Source of the DNA: a virus
Length of the DNA: 64,000 nt
Virus record (IMG/VR): IMGVR_UViG_3300017989_000082
Span: 1 to 64,000 of that record
Strand: one strand, 5' to 3'
The translations under genes and the position numbers were made by a program. Below the pieces are notes generated by a model. It was not told the DNA's origin. It saw only the letters and a program-made list of their open reading frames with translations, and made no database searches. Below, piece after piece: positions 1 to 8,596 of the stretch (position 1 is the first letter of the stretch; every line of letters starts with the position of its first letter).

Positions 1-291
1 CTGCGTCGGGGTTATATTATGGGATAATTCCTCTTTAATTTCTTTCTCCGGAAAACCAGGCACCACCGGTTCACGCACTATCTTTTTCAGGGGTAGTTTT
101 ATCTTCGGTTTCGGGGCTGGTTTTTTGTGAAGCTCCGTTGGCTTGGAAAGATCAAATTGCTCAATGATCTTTTTCTTGATGGATTCAGTTTGCCGCCCGG
201 TACGCCCCTTTTCGGTTTTTCTCTTTTTGTCGGATTTTCTGGCTGATGGAGGCGAACTGATTTTGGCCCGCAATTTGTCTAATTCGGTCAT
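1..291 (-). CDS. Hypothetical Lys/Pro-rich protein, partial (runs off window start)
   Basis: ATG at 291 with AGGAG RBS (300-304). Hand translation MTELDKLRAKISSPP... stays open to position 1. Confidence 0.7.
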   Translation of the reverse strand, partial: MTELDKLRAKISSPPSARKSDKKRKTEKGRTGRQTESIKKKIIEQFDLSKPTELHKKPAPKPKIKLPLKKIVREPVVPGFPEKEIKEELSHNITPTQ

Positions 292-296
292 TGGAA

Positions 297-827
297 TTAC
301 TCCTGTTTGGCGTTATTAACTTCCTCAATTATAGCAAGAAGTTTCTCCTCAGTCAAAGCTTTACCGTCTCCTATTTTTTCGTTGATTTCAATGATCTGGC
401 ATATACTCAGGTAGCGATCTTGGTAGTCAACAATGATGGAATCAAGGAGTTCAATATTGTGGAGACAGCACGCGCGACTTATGTTGAGCGTTAACTCTAT
501 GTCTTCTTCTGATACATTGAGAACATTTCCCATCGGATGATTGTGTCCAATAATTATCCTGTGGCTTCCGGTCAGGCAGGCAAATCTTATTACTGCCGCT
601 ATTGTCGTAACAACATGGTCGCTGGTTCCCTTTGCCAGCTCGTGTACGCCAGTAATATAGTTGTTTTTGTCTAAAGATAATACGATTAAGAACTCACGAT
701 CCTTTTTACCTATGAGATCAAGGATAACCCTTGCGGTCTCATCAGAGTTTGATGCCCTTAATGTTGAGACTTCAACCACCCCAGCCTCTTTTAATTCGGT
801 TTCCCATAGTGTAACTTGCTCTGCCAT
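297..827 (-). CDS. radC: RadC-like JAB/MPN domain protein
   Basis: REFLIVLSLD...GHNHPMGN...SEEDI...IELLDSIIV matches the RadC JAB E...HNHP.G...S..D pattern. Confidence 0.85.
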   Translation of the reverse strand: MAEQVTLWETELKEAGVVEVSTLRASNSDETARVILDLIGKKDREFLIVLSLDKNNYITGVHELAKGTSDHVVTTIAAVIRFACLTGSHRIIIGHNHPMGNVLNVSEEDIELTLNISRACCLHNIELLDSIIVDYQDRYLSICQIIEINEKIGDGKALTEEKLLAIIEEVNNAKQE

Positions 828-869
828 TATATGCCTTTCTGAACATTTCTGCTCCTTATTGCAGGGTTA

Positions 870-902
870 AAGGAAAACGGGGGCGACAACTTGTGTCGCC
901 CC
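870..902 (-). terminator. Intrinsic terminator-like hairpin
   Basis: GGGGCGACA/TGTCGCCCC stem followed by a T-rich tail on the minus strand, downstream of 939..1568. Confidence 0.55.
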
Positions 903-938
903 TATTCCTCGGGCGCGGTGATTTCTTGCTGGACTTAT

Positions 939-1568
939 TTAGCCAGCCTTCTCGAAGCCCACTTTCTCCATCATGCGGACGAAGGTATTGAAGCTGTTTT
1001 TGGTCGGCTTGCACCACCAGTACTTGCCGACCTTGTTGGCCTGGTCCTTCAGGCCGTCCAGCTTCCCAACGTCTTGCAGGGCAACACCGTTGGTCTTGGT
1101 TTTGGAGCCCTTGTAAACGGGCCGCCCGAAGCCGACCATGCCGGGGTAGTTGTCGCCGGTCACAATGCGAATCTCAACCTTCGGCTGGCGGTAGTCCCTG
1201 ATGCGAACAATGTCACCGCTCTCGGCGTTCATGCTGGTGGTGAAGTCCACATTCACGAACTGCTTTGTCAGCCGTTTCAGGAAGTCCAGCGGCTGTTCTG
1301 CTTCTTCCCGGCGTTCACGCTTGACGAACTTGTTGATCTCGCGATACGGGTCACGGGAGCCGTGATAGGCTTGCTGCTCCAGAAACTTCTTGTCGAAAGG
1401 CGTAGCTTTCCTCTTCTTCTCATCCTTCGGAGCAGCCTTTGCCTTCTTGCTGGGAGCCGGGGGCGCGGCTTCAACTTCAACCGGAGCTTCGGTGGCCGTG
1501 GGGGTCGCCGCGGGGGCGGCAGTCTTCGTCTTTGCTTTCTTTGCTTTTTTGCTCTTCTTTGTAGCCAT
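939..1568 (-). CDS. Hypothetical protein with histone-like Lys/Ala/Pro-rich N-terminus and globular C-terminus
   Basis: AGGAGG RBS before ATG 1568 (MATKKSKKAKK...). First gene after the sigma54 promoter at 1641-1656. Confidence 0.8.
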   Translation of the reverse strand: MATKKSKKAKKAKTKTAAPAATPTATEAPVEVEAAPPAPSKKAKAAPKDEKKRKATPFDKKFLEQQAYHGSRDPYREINKFVKRERREEAEQPLDFLKRLTKQFVNVDFTTSMNAESGDIVRIRDYRQPKVEIRIVTGDNYPGMVGFGRPVYKGSKTKTNGVALQDVGKLDGLKDQANKVGKYWWCKPTKNSFNTFVRMMEKVGFEKAG

Positions 1569-1640
1569 GTTTACCTCCTTTGTGTGGTTGTTGTATGTGG
1601 CTACTGTCCAATTGCTTACTGCGCTGTTGCCCGGAAAGTA

Positions 1641-1656
1641 TGCAACCGCCATGCCA
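1641..1656 (-). promoter_or_regulatory. sigma54 (-24/-12) promoter
   Basis: TGGCATGGCGGTTGCA on the minus strand, with exact GG-N10-GC spacing. Confidence 0.85.
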
Positions 1657-1784
1657 ACGTGGTCATCGTGTACTCGTCATTATTCATCTCAACTGAAGAG
1701 TTTTGAGTTTGCTACATTTATTTTTTTCAGCCAATTTCGATGGGTCAGGGCGGTTAGCTTCGATTACCGTTGAAGAGTTTAAAA

Positions 1785-1823
1785 GTGCCGCTCTTTGTCA
1801 CTTTAAATAACTCTTTTTGTCAC
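1785..1823. promoter_or_regulatory. Putative enhancer (UAS) site pair between divergent sigma54 promoters
   Basis: GTGCCG-CTCTT-TGTCAC (1785) and ATAACT-CTTTT-TGTCAC (1807). Confidence 0.65.
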
Positions 1824-1977
1824 TCTACTCTATTTATCATCGTCATCTTATTATCTTCTCTTTTTGGCCAACCGCCCCCTTTAAGTATTGACTACAAATT
1901 GGTACGGCGACTGCTCTATTATCAGCCGTAAAGAGGTCGCCAGCGTAGACTATAAATTATTGGAATCGCTATACTTT

Positions 1978-1993
1978 TGGCATGGCATTTGCA
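1978..1993 (+). promoter_or_regulatory. sigma54 (-24/-12) promoter
   Basis: TGGCATGGCATTTGCA. Confidence 0.85.
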
Positions 1994-2032
1994 TAATTTT
2001 TGGGTAACAAATTAAGCCATGAAGGAGCTAAA

Positions 2033-2284
2033 ATGAAAAAGTATTATATCAAAAGAAGACAAAGAAGACTTGGTGGGTGGGCTGTTATGTGTCCCTGTTG
2101 CGACAAACCAATTGCCAACGGGATGCGTAAAGAAGTTGCCGAGGCATATTGCGCCTTGCAAAACAGCGATGCCCTTCAGCGACAAATAGACAAAGAGTTT
2201 AAGAAAGGAATTTGCTATGATCCTGAAGGAATCACAGAGAGAATTGTTGAAGCCTATTATCGAACAGGCAGGTTTCCTGTCTAA
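2033..2284 (+). CDS. Hypothetical protein (CPCC motif)
   Basis: AAGGAG RBS before ATG 2033; follows a sigma54 promoter. Confidence 0.7.
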   Translation: MKKYYIKRRQRRLGGWAVMCPCCDKPIANGMRKEVAEAYCALQNSDALQRQIDKEFKKGICYDPEGITERIVEAYYRTGRFPV

Positions 2285-2498
2285 AAAAGATATTGAGGCC
2301 CTGCTGGCAAGTGGCGACAACATGGGGCAATTGCCCTGTCTGATCCGCTGTGGGAATGTCAGGCTTATTACGGCGATGATGTATGCGCCTATTATGGTGC
2401 AGATTATTAATAACGAAACTGTCGTGAATGATTATGTCAGAGATGTTTCCTTTGACAAGGCAACATACGACAAAATCAAAGCGGCACTCGGGAGGTAG
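2217..2498 (+). CDS. Hypothetical protein
   Basis: 93-aa ORF in the operon, ending 2 nt before polX; start uncertain. Confidence 0.55.
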   Translation: MILKESQRELLKPIIEQAGFLSKKDIEALLASGDNMGQLPCLIRCGNVRLITAMMYAPIMVQIINNETVVNDYVRDVSFDKATYDKIKAALGR

Positions 2499-2500
2499 TA

Positions 2501-3361
2501 ATGGCTAAGGGAAAGAAAATGAAAACGATCCACGCAAGGCCCATAGCCAAGGAGGTTGAGGCGGCTCTTAAGGCCGTGCCTTGCGTGGCCGATGTTGTAG
2601 TTTGTGGTTCGATGCGGCGGATGCGCCCCGAGCTGAACGATGTAGATGTGGTCGTCGTCAGCGAAACCATGAACCCGAAGGGCCAAATCTGGTCGCAACT
2701 GCCAAAGTGCGACCATCTTAACAACGGAAACACCGACAAGCGCATTATTTATAAGGGGCTTCAGTTCGACATTCGGGTGTTTCCGCATCGGGCAAAAGGG
2801 GCGGCTCTGCTGTTCTCAACTGGCTCTGCCCGCTTCAATGTGCAGATGCGAAGTCATGCCAAGCGGCTCGGCTTTAAGCTGAACCGCTACGGTGTCTGGA
2901 AGGGGGACACAAACCTGACAGTGGGGTTTGATGAAAAGCAGATCTTTGAATTATTGGGGCTGAAGTATGTTGAGCCTAAAGATCGTGATGACAGCATTAT
3001 CACCAATAAGAAGATAAAGAGGCGCACATGGGTTATCAGAAGCAAGAGTAACCCGAACAAGAAATACAAGGTAAGCCTTGAGGATGGCGAGCTTCGATGC
3101 GAGTGTAAGGGTTTTACTTTTCGACGAACCTGCTGGCATACCAAGAAGGTAAGAGAAAGCCTTGGTGATGTTATGCCTGAAAAGGAGAGAATTCACAAGT
3201 ATCGTAAGATAAAAGTCATGTGCTCGTCATGCAATGAATGGCACGATGAACGGGAAGTAGATGGCATGGATATTTATGAGGACATGGAGGGAAAAGATGT
3301 TTTAGTATTCATCTGCCCCCGGTGTGGAACCAAGCGGGAATCTCGCCGCTATATGGAATAA
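2501..3361 (+). CDS. polX: Minimal DNA polymerase X (palm and thumb) fused to a SWIM zinc finger and a C-terminal Zn ribbon
   Basis: GSMRR..ELNDVDVVV, FDIRV and LLFSTGSARFN...GFKLNRYG are PolX motifs. CECKGFTFRRTCWH is SWIM-like. CSSC...CPRC is a Zn ribbon. Confidence 0.85.
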   Translation: MAKGKKMKTIHARPIAKEVEAALKAVPCVADVVVCGSMRRMRPELNDVDVVVVSETMNPKGQIWSQLPKCDHLNNGNTDKRIIYKGLQFDIRVFPHRAKGAALLFSTGSARFNVQMRSHAKRLGFKLNRYGVWKGDTNLTVGFDEKQIFELLGLKYVEPKDRDDSIITNKKIKRRTWVIRSKSNPNKKYKVSLEDGELRCECKGFTFRRTCWHTKKVRESLGDVMPEKERIHKYRKIKVMCSSCNEWHDEREVDGMDIYEDMEGKDVLVFICPRCGTKRESRRYME

Positions 3362-3362
3362 A

Positions 3363-3395
3363 TTGCTTGATATGGATTTTCTGTTATGATAATAT
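3363..3395 (+). promoter_or_regulatory. sigma70-like promoter for the structured RNA or leader
   Basis: TTGATA-17-TAATAT, or alternatively TTGCTT-16-TATGAT. Confidence 0.5.
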
Positions 3396-3399
3396 TAAC

Positions 3400-3675
3400 G
3401 AACCTGTTGGAGCTGAGCCTGTGGAGGTTGGTACGAAATTTTTGCGTGGGTGTCCATGCGTCCGGCAGAGGGAGGCCGTACCGTAAAAAGAGTCATGCTG
3501 CCGGTGCATAGTGGGGTATGGGTTGGGAGCTTCGCCAGCCCTCTCCGTTATAACGGCCTACATGGGCCTAGGAGGGTAAATGGACACACAGTGCTGAGAC
3601 TTTCGGTTGCGGTCGAAGCAGGGCGGTTAGATAGCTAGTTCTCCAGCTTATGCCGCCCCTCCCAAGCAACCGCTT
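3400..3675 (+). ncRNA. Candidate structured RNA, family unknown
   Basis: Helices: 3450-57/3580-87, 3462-68/3498-3504, 3473-79/3553-59 (pseudoknot), 3520-26/3535-41, 3604-10/3666-72, 3621-26/3653-58. Promoter upstream, T-rich 3' tail. Confidence 0.55.
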
Positions 3676-3698
3676 TTCTTTTAACCAAGGAGGAAACA

Positions 3699-4187
3699 AT
3701 GAGTAGCGTATTACAAACAAGGTTTGGCAGACTCGTGATATGGGCGGCCGACAAAGACACAGTCAAAATCTCACCATCTGATTCCCCTGTAAAGATCTAT
3801 GGTGTGGGGTATGATGTCCACGCCACTCTTTGCAGATATGAAGAAGATGAATTCCAGATTTGTGATCCCGAAGAGTTTATTATGTCAAGATCCATACAGT
3901 CAGTAGACTGGAAAGACAAATTTGCTACGCCAGCGGCTAAGGAGGCCATGCATAAGGAGCTAGAGTATTTAGTACCTCTGTGGGCTTTGGAAAATATAGA
4001 AGAAAAACCTGAAGATGAAGGCATTCCCCCCGAAGATCCAGTTGAGCCTGAGCCTGAAAAGAATGAAGAACCAGATGATGGGCCAGACCTTACAACTATT
4101 GAAGGCAAGCGAGAAATGATCGCCAAGCTGAAAGAGCAGATTGCCCAGCTTAAGGTCGAGATAAATGAGGCCAAAAAGAGGCAGTAG
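3699..4187 (+). CDS. Hypothetical protein with acidic linker and C-terminal coiled coil
   Basis: AAGGAGG RBS; 162 aa. Confidence 0.8.
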   Translation: MSSVLQTRFGRLVIWAADKDTVKISPSDSPVKIYGVGYDVHATLCRYEEDEFQICDPEEFIMSRSIQSVDWKDKFATPAAKEAMHKELEYLVPLWALENIEEKPEDEGIPPEDPVEPEPEKNEEPDDGPDLTTIEGKREMIAKLKEQIAQLKVEINEAKKRQ

Positions 4188-4189
4188 CA

Positions 4190-4206
4190 GTAACAAAGAG
4201 TGTCAC
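4190..4206. promoter_or_regulatory. Putative UAS palindrome
   Basis: GTAACA-AAGAG-TGTCAC, with a weaker partner AGGCCA-AAAAG-AGGCAG at 4168. Confidence 0.6.
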
Positions 4207-4266
4207 TTTAGATTCCTAGATTAAACACCGAGGCCCTCAAGATAGTCCTAGAGGGCCTTTTTACGA

Positions 4267-4282
4267 TGGCACGCTGTTTGCA
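4267..4282 (+). promoter_or_regulatory. sigma54 (-24/-12) promoter
   Basis: TGGCACGCTGTTTGCA, a near-perfect match to the consensus. Confidence 0.9.
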
Positions 4283-4323
4283 TACCTTTGGGGTAACGCA
4301 CACAACCCGAAAGGAGGCAAGTT

Positions 4324-4692
4324 ATGGCGACAAGAATTACAGAAGGTTTTATGAAGGCGATCAGGCCAAAAATTGAGGAAGCTCTTGAGCTGGTAGGGGA
4401 AGAGTTTGAAGTTGAGTTTGAAACTGCCAGAGCCACCTACAATGAAAACTGGTTTGAAATGAAGATCAAGTGCAAGGCCGCCGGGGGTCTGACCAGAGAG
4501 CAAACTGATTATGATAACAGGCGTGCCAGGATTGGACTTCCGCCGCGAGGCAACACGGTCCACCTGAACGGCGTGCCGTATGAGATTTACGGCTGGAAGG
4601 TTTCAGCCAGAAAGTACAAGATTATTGTTATTGACAGGCGAACGGGAGAGCGGCTCAAGTGTACGCCCTGGGCGATCATCAACAGCCTTTAA
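4324..4692 (+). CDS. Hypothetical phage protein
   Basis: CGAAAGGAGG RBS; first gene of a sigma54 operon. Confidence 0.8.
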   Translation: MATRITEGFMKAIRPKIEEALELVGEEFEVEFETARATYNENWFEMKIKCKAAGGLTREQTDYDNRRARIGLPPRGNTVHLNGVPYEIYGWKVSARKYKIIVIDRRTGERLKCTPWAIINSL

Positions 4693-4703
4693 GGAGAACA
4701 GCT

Positions 4704-5012
4704 ATGTCAAATGTAAAGAAAATTCATCTTGAATACGTTCGGCACCTGTATGAGGAGCATTATTGTTACGATCATGCTGATTATCAGTACCTCATGATGC
4801 AGATTGGCCGAATTGTTACGAATCACAACGAGGGATTGTTGGTGGAAGTCACTCCATTTAACGGCTCCAAAAGCAGGGTCGTTATTAGCGGCGAAGAGGC
4901 TGTTTCCTACCTTTGGCTTAAAAAGATGGCCAGATGCATGAGAGCCTATGGCTCCAAATTCAATGGCTACCACCAGGACATTGAGGATAACGGCCCACAG
5001 ATAGCATTATAA
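4704..5012 (+). CDS. Hypothetical protein
   Basis: AAGGAG RBS before ATG 4704. Confidence 0.75.
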   Translation: MSNVKKIHLEYVRHLYEEHYCYDHADYQYLMMQIGRIVTNHNEGLLVEVTPFNGSKSRVVISGEEAVSYLWLKKMARCMRAYGSKFNGYHQDIEDNGPQIAL

Positions 5013-5022
5013 GGAGGCTAAA

Positions 5023-5235
5023 ATGAAGGCGTTGGACGGAACAGAATTAACAAAGGTATTGTGGAAGGATATTCGTGACGGGGACATTGTATATCTTTAC
5101 GCCACACATCAGGGTAAGGAGTATGGGATAGGGCCTTTCAGGGTGGTGTCAAAAAATAGAAGAGCCTTATGCCGAGTTGATTCAAAAAGAAATTTTCTTA
5201 ACTATCCTGAAGAGTTGTATAGAATCAAAATATAA
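5023..5235 (+). CDS. Hypothetical protein
   Basis: AAGGAGG RBS. Confidence 0.75.
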   Translation: MKALDGTELTKVLWKDIRDGDIVYLYATHQGKEYGIGPFRVVSKNRRALCRVDSKRNFLNYPEELYRIKI

Positions 5236-5246
5236 GGAGGCTTAAC

Positions 5247-5435
5247 ATGAACACGATTAACTGCGTAGGTTGTGGAAAAGAGCTTAAGTTGCAGGTTTGC
5301 CAGTCTGCGGCTGGATACTATGCTGGCCACTGGTGTAAGACCTGTGGACCACACGACCGTCAGAGCTTTTACTTTGGAACCAAAGAGGAGGCTCAGGAGA
5401 TGGTTGATCAGATGGTGAGCGCAACCAATAATTAG
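5247..5435 (+). CDS. Small Cys-containing protein (LQVCQSAAGYY...GP..R.S.YF type)
   Basis: AAGGAGG RBS; CxxC...CxxC. Resembles, from memory, small proteins of phages and mobile elements. Confidence 0.75.
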   Translation: MNTINCVGCGKELKLQVCQSAAGYYAGHWCKTCGPHDRQSFYFGTKEEAQEMVDQMVSATNN

Positions 5436-5445
5436 GAGGTGGTTA

Positions 5446-5685
5446 ATGTTTTGCAAGAATACGCTTCGGCGTAAGCCGAGCCAGATTTACAACCCGGCAG
5501 ATGTCGGCAGTTTTGGTACTATTTACGTGAATCCTACCACATACCATGAGTTTGAACAGCGAGTCCCGAATCATGGTTTCAATTTATTAATTTCTCGTAA
5601 TATTCCTGATGGGCACTTAGAGCTCGTAACACAAGATTCTAGGAAGATGGTTACACTTGATGCTCTGGTCGCCTTTCTCCGGTAA
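5446..5685 (+). CDS. Hypothetical protein
   Basis: AGGAGGT RBS. Confidence 0.7.
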   Translation: MFCKNTLRRKPSQIYNPADVGSFGTIYVNPTTYHEFEQRVPNHGFNLLISRNIPDGHLELVTQDSRKMVTLDALVAFLR

Positions 5686-5719
5686 CTCTTTACGGCACTC
5701 CAGTAACAAATAGAGTCAT
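5682..5719. promoter_or_regulatory. Putative UAS site pair
   Basis: GTAACT-CTTTA-CGGCAC (5682) and GTAACA-AATAG-AGTCAT (5703), 21 bp apart. Confidence 0.7.
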
Positions 5720-5772
5720 TAGACAATTAACTCCTTTGATTGGTTACCTGAATAGACTACTCTTTTTCAGGT

Positions 5773-5788
5773 TGGCATGGCTGTTGCA
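5773..5788 (+). promoter_or_regulatory. sigma54 (-24/-12) promoter
   Basis: TGGCATGGCTGTTGCA, preceded by AATAGACTACTCTTTTTCAGGT. Confidence 0.88.
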
Positions 5789-5829
5789 TACCTGTAGGGT
5801 AACAACCCGCACCGAAAGGAGAATGGAAA

Positions 5830-6141
5830 ATGAAAAATGGAAAGAAGACGAAAGTGTATCACGCAGACCCGCCGCGGTTTAGTGTGTTTGGCGATGAAGA
5901 GCTGCTGGAATCCCTTCATGATTTTCCCAGCGGCTACGAGTTGGCCGCTACTGCCGATTTCCCCATGCTGGATCTTGTTTACCAGCTTACCAACAGTATT
6001 GACTGGCCGTGGTGGGAGAATGAGGGTGTCACCATGGAGGGTAATGTTGAGGGTCGGCGAAGTACCAGCGTCGGTGATGTCATTGTGATTCCCGACGGAA
6101 GCCGCTTCGTGGTCGCCCTTATGGGTTTCAAACAATTTTAA
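5830..6141 (+). CDS. YodL-like domain protein
   Basis: C-terminal RRSTSVGDVIVIPDGSRFVVALMGF resembles the YodL-type R/H-S-L-S-V-G/S-D-V-I motif. Confidence 0.55.
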   Translation: MKNGKKTKVYHADPPRFSVFGDEELLESLHDFPSGYELAATADFPMLDLVYQLTNSIDWPWWENEGVTMEGNVEGRRSTSVGDVIVIPDGSRFVVALMGFKQF

Positions 6142-6143
6142 GG

Positions 6144-6350
6144 ATGTGCATCATGTCAAGGGTTGCCACCAAAGAGCAAATCATTGATGATATTCTATCA
6201 GACACCAGCGAGCATTGCGATAACATTGGTGAAATACTCTATGAACTCTTTACCAGAGAACAAAACACCCAAAAGCTCAGGTCTTTGCTTGAGGAATACT
6301 TTGCCGATGAATCAGCTCTGACCAAATGGCAACAACTTGACTGGATATAA
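6144..6350 (+). CDS. Hypothetical acidic protein
   Basis: ORF in the operon; start at 6144 or 6153. Confidence 0.65.
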   Translation: MCIMSRVATKEQIIDDILSDTSEHCDNIGEILYELFTREQNTQKLRSLLEEYFADESALTKWQQLDWI

Positions 6351-6359
6351 GGAGGCACT

Positions 6360-6722
6360 ATGCCTAGCATGAGAGACACACATAAGAGAATAGAAAAAAG
6401 ACTCAAAAAAATGGAGGAAGAAATGCCCTACAAAGAAGAATACATGGAGCAGGCCAAGGCCGCGGCTGAGCAGGTCGCACGCCTTATCAACAATTTCAGC
6501 GATGATCCTGCCAAAGCCTTTGTTGAGGCGATGGGCAGTCAGCACCGCACGCTCCAGCAAAACTTCATGGGGCTGGTTTGCGGATGGATTCAAATGAATG
6601 CCGACCGCTACGCCCGCGGCCAGTACGACCTACGCAATGAGGCGACTTGCCAGCTTTGCGCCAGAATTAAGGAATCGCTTGAGACCTGTGGCTACGAGCT
6701 ATATAAGTTACCAACAGTATAA
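6360..6722 (+). CDS. Hypothetical protein
   Basis: AAGGAGG RBS; 120 aa. Confidence 0.8.
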   Translation: MPSMRDTHKRIEKRLKKMEEEMPYKEEYMEQAKAAAEQVARLINNFSDDPAKAFVEAMGSQHRTLQQNFMGLVCGWIQMNADRYARGQYDLRNEATCQLCARIKESLETCGYELYKLPTV

Positions 6723-6736
6723 CCTAGAACCTACGA

Positions 6737-6782
6737 GTCCGCAGGGGAATTAAACTCCTTTCGCCCCTGCGGGCCTTTTTTA
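6737..6782 (+). terminator. Intrinsic terminator with an anti-SD-like loop
   Basis: GTCCGCAGGGG/CCCCTGCGGGC stem plus T-run; the loop contains CTCCTTTCG. Confidence 0.75.
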
Positions 6783-6805
6783 TCTTATTAACGGATATCG
6801 TTTTA

Positions 6806-6843
6806 GTAACTCTTTACGGCGCTCTAATGACTCTTTGCGGCAC
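6806..6843. promoter_or_regulatory. Putative UAS site pair
   Basis: GTAACT-CTTTA-CGGCGC (6806) and ATGACT-CTTTG-CGGCAC (6827), 21 bp apart. Confidence 0.7.
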
Positions 6844-6896
6844 TGAGATTAACAGACCATATTTCTCTTCCTTAAATAGATTACTCTTTTTCAGGC

Positions 6897-6912
6897 TGGC
6901 ATGGGTGTTGCA
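6897..6912 (+). promoter_or_regulatory. sigma54 (-24/-12) promoter
   Basis: TGGCATGGGTGTTGCA, preceded by AATAGATTACTCTTTTTCAGGC. Confidence 0.88.
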
Positions 6913-6969
6913 TACAAATAGGGTGTAAGCGTTGAACCCAACCGACACAACAACCGAAAGGAGACTACT

Positions 6970-7257
6970 ATGGCGAATGTAAGATTTAGAGGCGGTAAGC
7001 GTTCCAGAGGCTATACTGAACACAGGCATAACCGGGACCCCAAGCCTGTGAAGGAAATCGAATTCTACGGAACCCGGTTGGAATCTTTCTATGACGGTAT
7101 GCTTTCTTCCATCGAGCGGGTGTTTGAGGCGAGCCCCGGCATCACTCAGATGAACCCCCGGCACGCTGTCTTGTTTAGGCAGTTGGCAGACAGTTACCAT
7201 CAGTTGTCTGCTGTTCGGCGCAACCAACTCAGGAGCATTGTGCGTAAAGGAGTTTAA
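6970..7257 (+). CDS. Hypothetical basic protein
   Basis: CGAAAGGAG RBS. Confidence 0.75.
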   Translation: MANVRFRGGKRSRGYTEHRHNRDPKPVKEIEFYGTRLESFYDGMLSSIERVFEASPGITQMNPRHAVLFRQLADSYHQLSAVRRNQLRSIVRKGV

Positions 7258-7260
7258 AAA

Positions 7261-7602
7261 ATGCCAGCATACAATCTGCCTGAAGGGGTAATGGAAGAAG
7301 AAGAGCGGGAAGTGCTTGATATCCGCGGCGGTGTTTCGTGGGAGTACGCCCCGGCATACTGGCTTAACGACAGTGAGTGGGCTACCGTCTTGCTTCACCG
7401 CACCCCTGATCCCTGCCCGTTCTGCGGAAGCATCCGGCTTGAACCGCACGTCGGCAACTGCTATGAGGGGAACAAGCTGTGGGATGAGTATTTCTGTCAG
7501 GATTGCGGCGAAGCGGTTGTCTGGGTTGTTTGGTTTGATGGGTCGCCCCCAACATGGGACATCAACCACCTTAATCCAATGATTGAAAGGAGTTTGATAT
7601 GA
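7261..7602 (+). CDS. Zn-ribbon protein, possibly Lar (restriction alleviation)-like
   Basis: PCPFCGS...YFCQDCGE resembles the Lar-family pattern; AAGGAG RBS. Confidence 0.55.
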   Translation: MPAYNLPEGVMEEEEREVLDIRGGVSWEYAPAYWLNDSEWATVLLHRTPDPCPFCGSIRLEPHVGNCYEGNKLWDEYFCQDCGEAVVWVVWFDGSPPTWDINHLNPMIERSLI

Positions 7603-7775
7603 GTAGAGCCGATACTGTATGTATTCACTGTGAATTCTTCGCCCTGAACTGGTGCGAGGAAGTGGCGCAAACAATGGCAGAGAATGCGCCAGGAGTTGAA
7701 TGCTCGCATGAGTTTGATGTAAACCTGAACGAGCCTTGCGGGTGTTACTGCCCCGTAGAGGGTCTAACCGAATAA
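7599..7775 (+). CDS. Small Cys-rich protein (58 aa, not in ORF track)
   Basis: AAGGAG RBS and ATGA overlap; MSRADTVCIHCEFF...PCGCYCPVEGLTE. Confidence 0.65.
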   Translation: MSRADTVCIHCEFFALNWCEEVAQTMAENAPGVECSHEFDVNLNEPCGCYCPVEGLTE

Positions 7776-7787
7776 AAGGAGAAAGCT

Positions 7788-7991
7788 ATGAAACTCGCAC
7801 CCCCTTGCGTTATCTGTGGTAAGAAAAACCCGTTTTACGAAGATGTGTGGGTGATTACCCCTAAGGGAGTAGCCTGCCTGAAACACTCAGGAGTAAAGGA
7901 GGAATTTGAGAAAGTATACAAAGATGTTGGCGGTGAGGATGGGTATCTTGATCTTTTGCTCGAAATAGATAAATACTCAACGGAGGAATGA
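7788..7991 (+). CDS. Small Zn-finger-like protein
   Basis: AAGGAG RBS; CVIC...CLKH. Confidence 0.7.
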   Translation: MKLAPPCVICGKKNPFYEDVWVITPKGVACLKHSGVKEEFEKVYKDVGGEDGYLDLLLEIDKYSTEE

Positions 7992-8028
7992 TCATGAGGC
8001 TTACTGCAACAGCATAAGGAGAAATGCC

Positions 8029-8553
8029 ATGAGTAAAAGACCAAAAATGAAAATCATGAAGATCAGTGCGTGCATCGGTTGCCCGAATGTGCATCTTCAC
8101 AGTGTTGGGCATTATTCGTGTTGGGAAATGACAAAAAGTCTTGAGAGTATTGATGTAACAAGCCATACTCCTGACTGGTGCCCTTTATCTGAATTTGCTA
8201 TTCCCAATTTCATTACCGAAGGGTTTTTCGTTGAGGCTCTCAACAAGATTCTTGAAATTGAGGCCGAGCATGATGGTGGCGGTGAGTATCCAACATGGTT
8301 TACCGATAACGAGCTTGACCGCACGACCTATTGGTCCAATATGAGGAGGGCCATTGAAGACCTTTTGGGCGGAATGACCCCGAAGTTTGAGACCATGAAC
8401 CTTGACGATGCCTTGACAATGGCCTATGAGGATCTGCGTGACCTTTCCCCTTTTGATGGCAATAAGCTGGCCTCTATCATTACACTGATCTCAGGCCGCG
8501 GGGCTCGTTATAACCCTGAAACCGACTTGATCGAATTAGAGCCTGAAGGGTGA
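8029..8553 (+). CDS. Hypothetical protein with N-terminal Cys motif
   Basis: AAGGAG RBS; CIGCP...C...PDWCPL. Confidence 0.75.
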   Translation: MSKRPKMKIMKISACIGCPNVHLHSVGHYSCWEMTKSLESIDVTSHTPDWCPLSEFAIPNFITEGFFVEALNKILEIEAEHDGGGEYPTWFTDNELDRTTYWSNMRRAIEDLLGGMTPKFETMNLDDALTMAYEDLRDLSPFDGNKLASIITLISGRGARYNPETDLIELEPEG

Positions 8554-8596
8554 TTTTCGACCCCTGCCTGCTTCTGTCAGCAGGAAATAGGTTTAA

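Noticed and set aside
891-1773. Long plus-strand ORFs (891..1706, 1390..1773) and similar antisense ORFs such as 6814..7674, 45333..46364 and 57299..58165
   Set aside because: They are shadows of well-supported opposite-strand genes, with no RBS or motifs.
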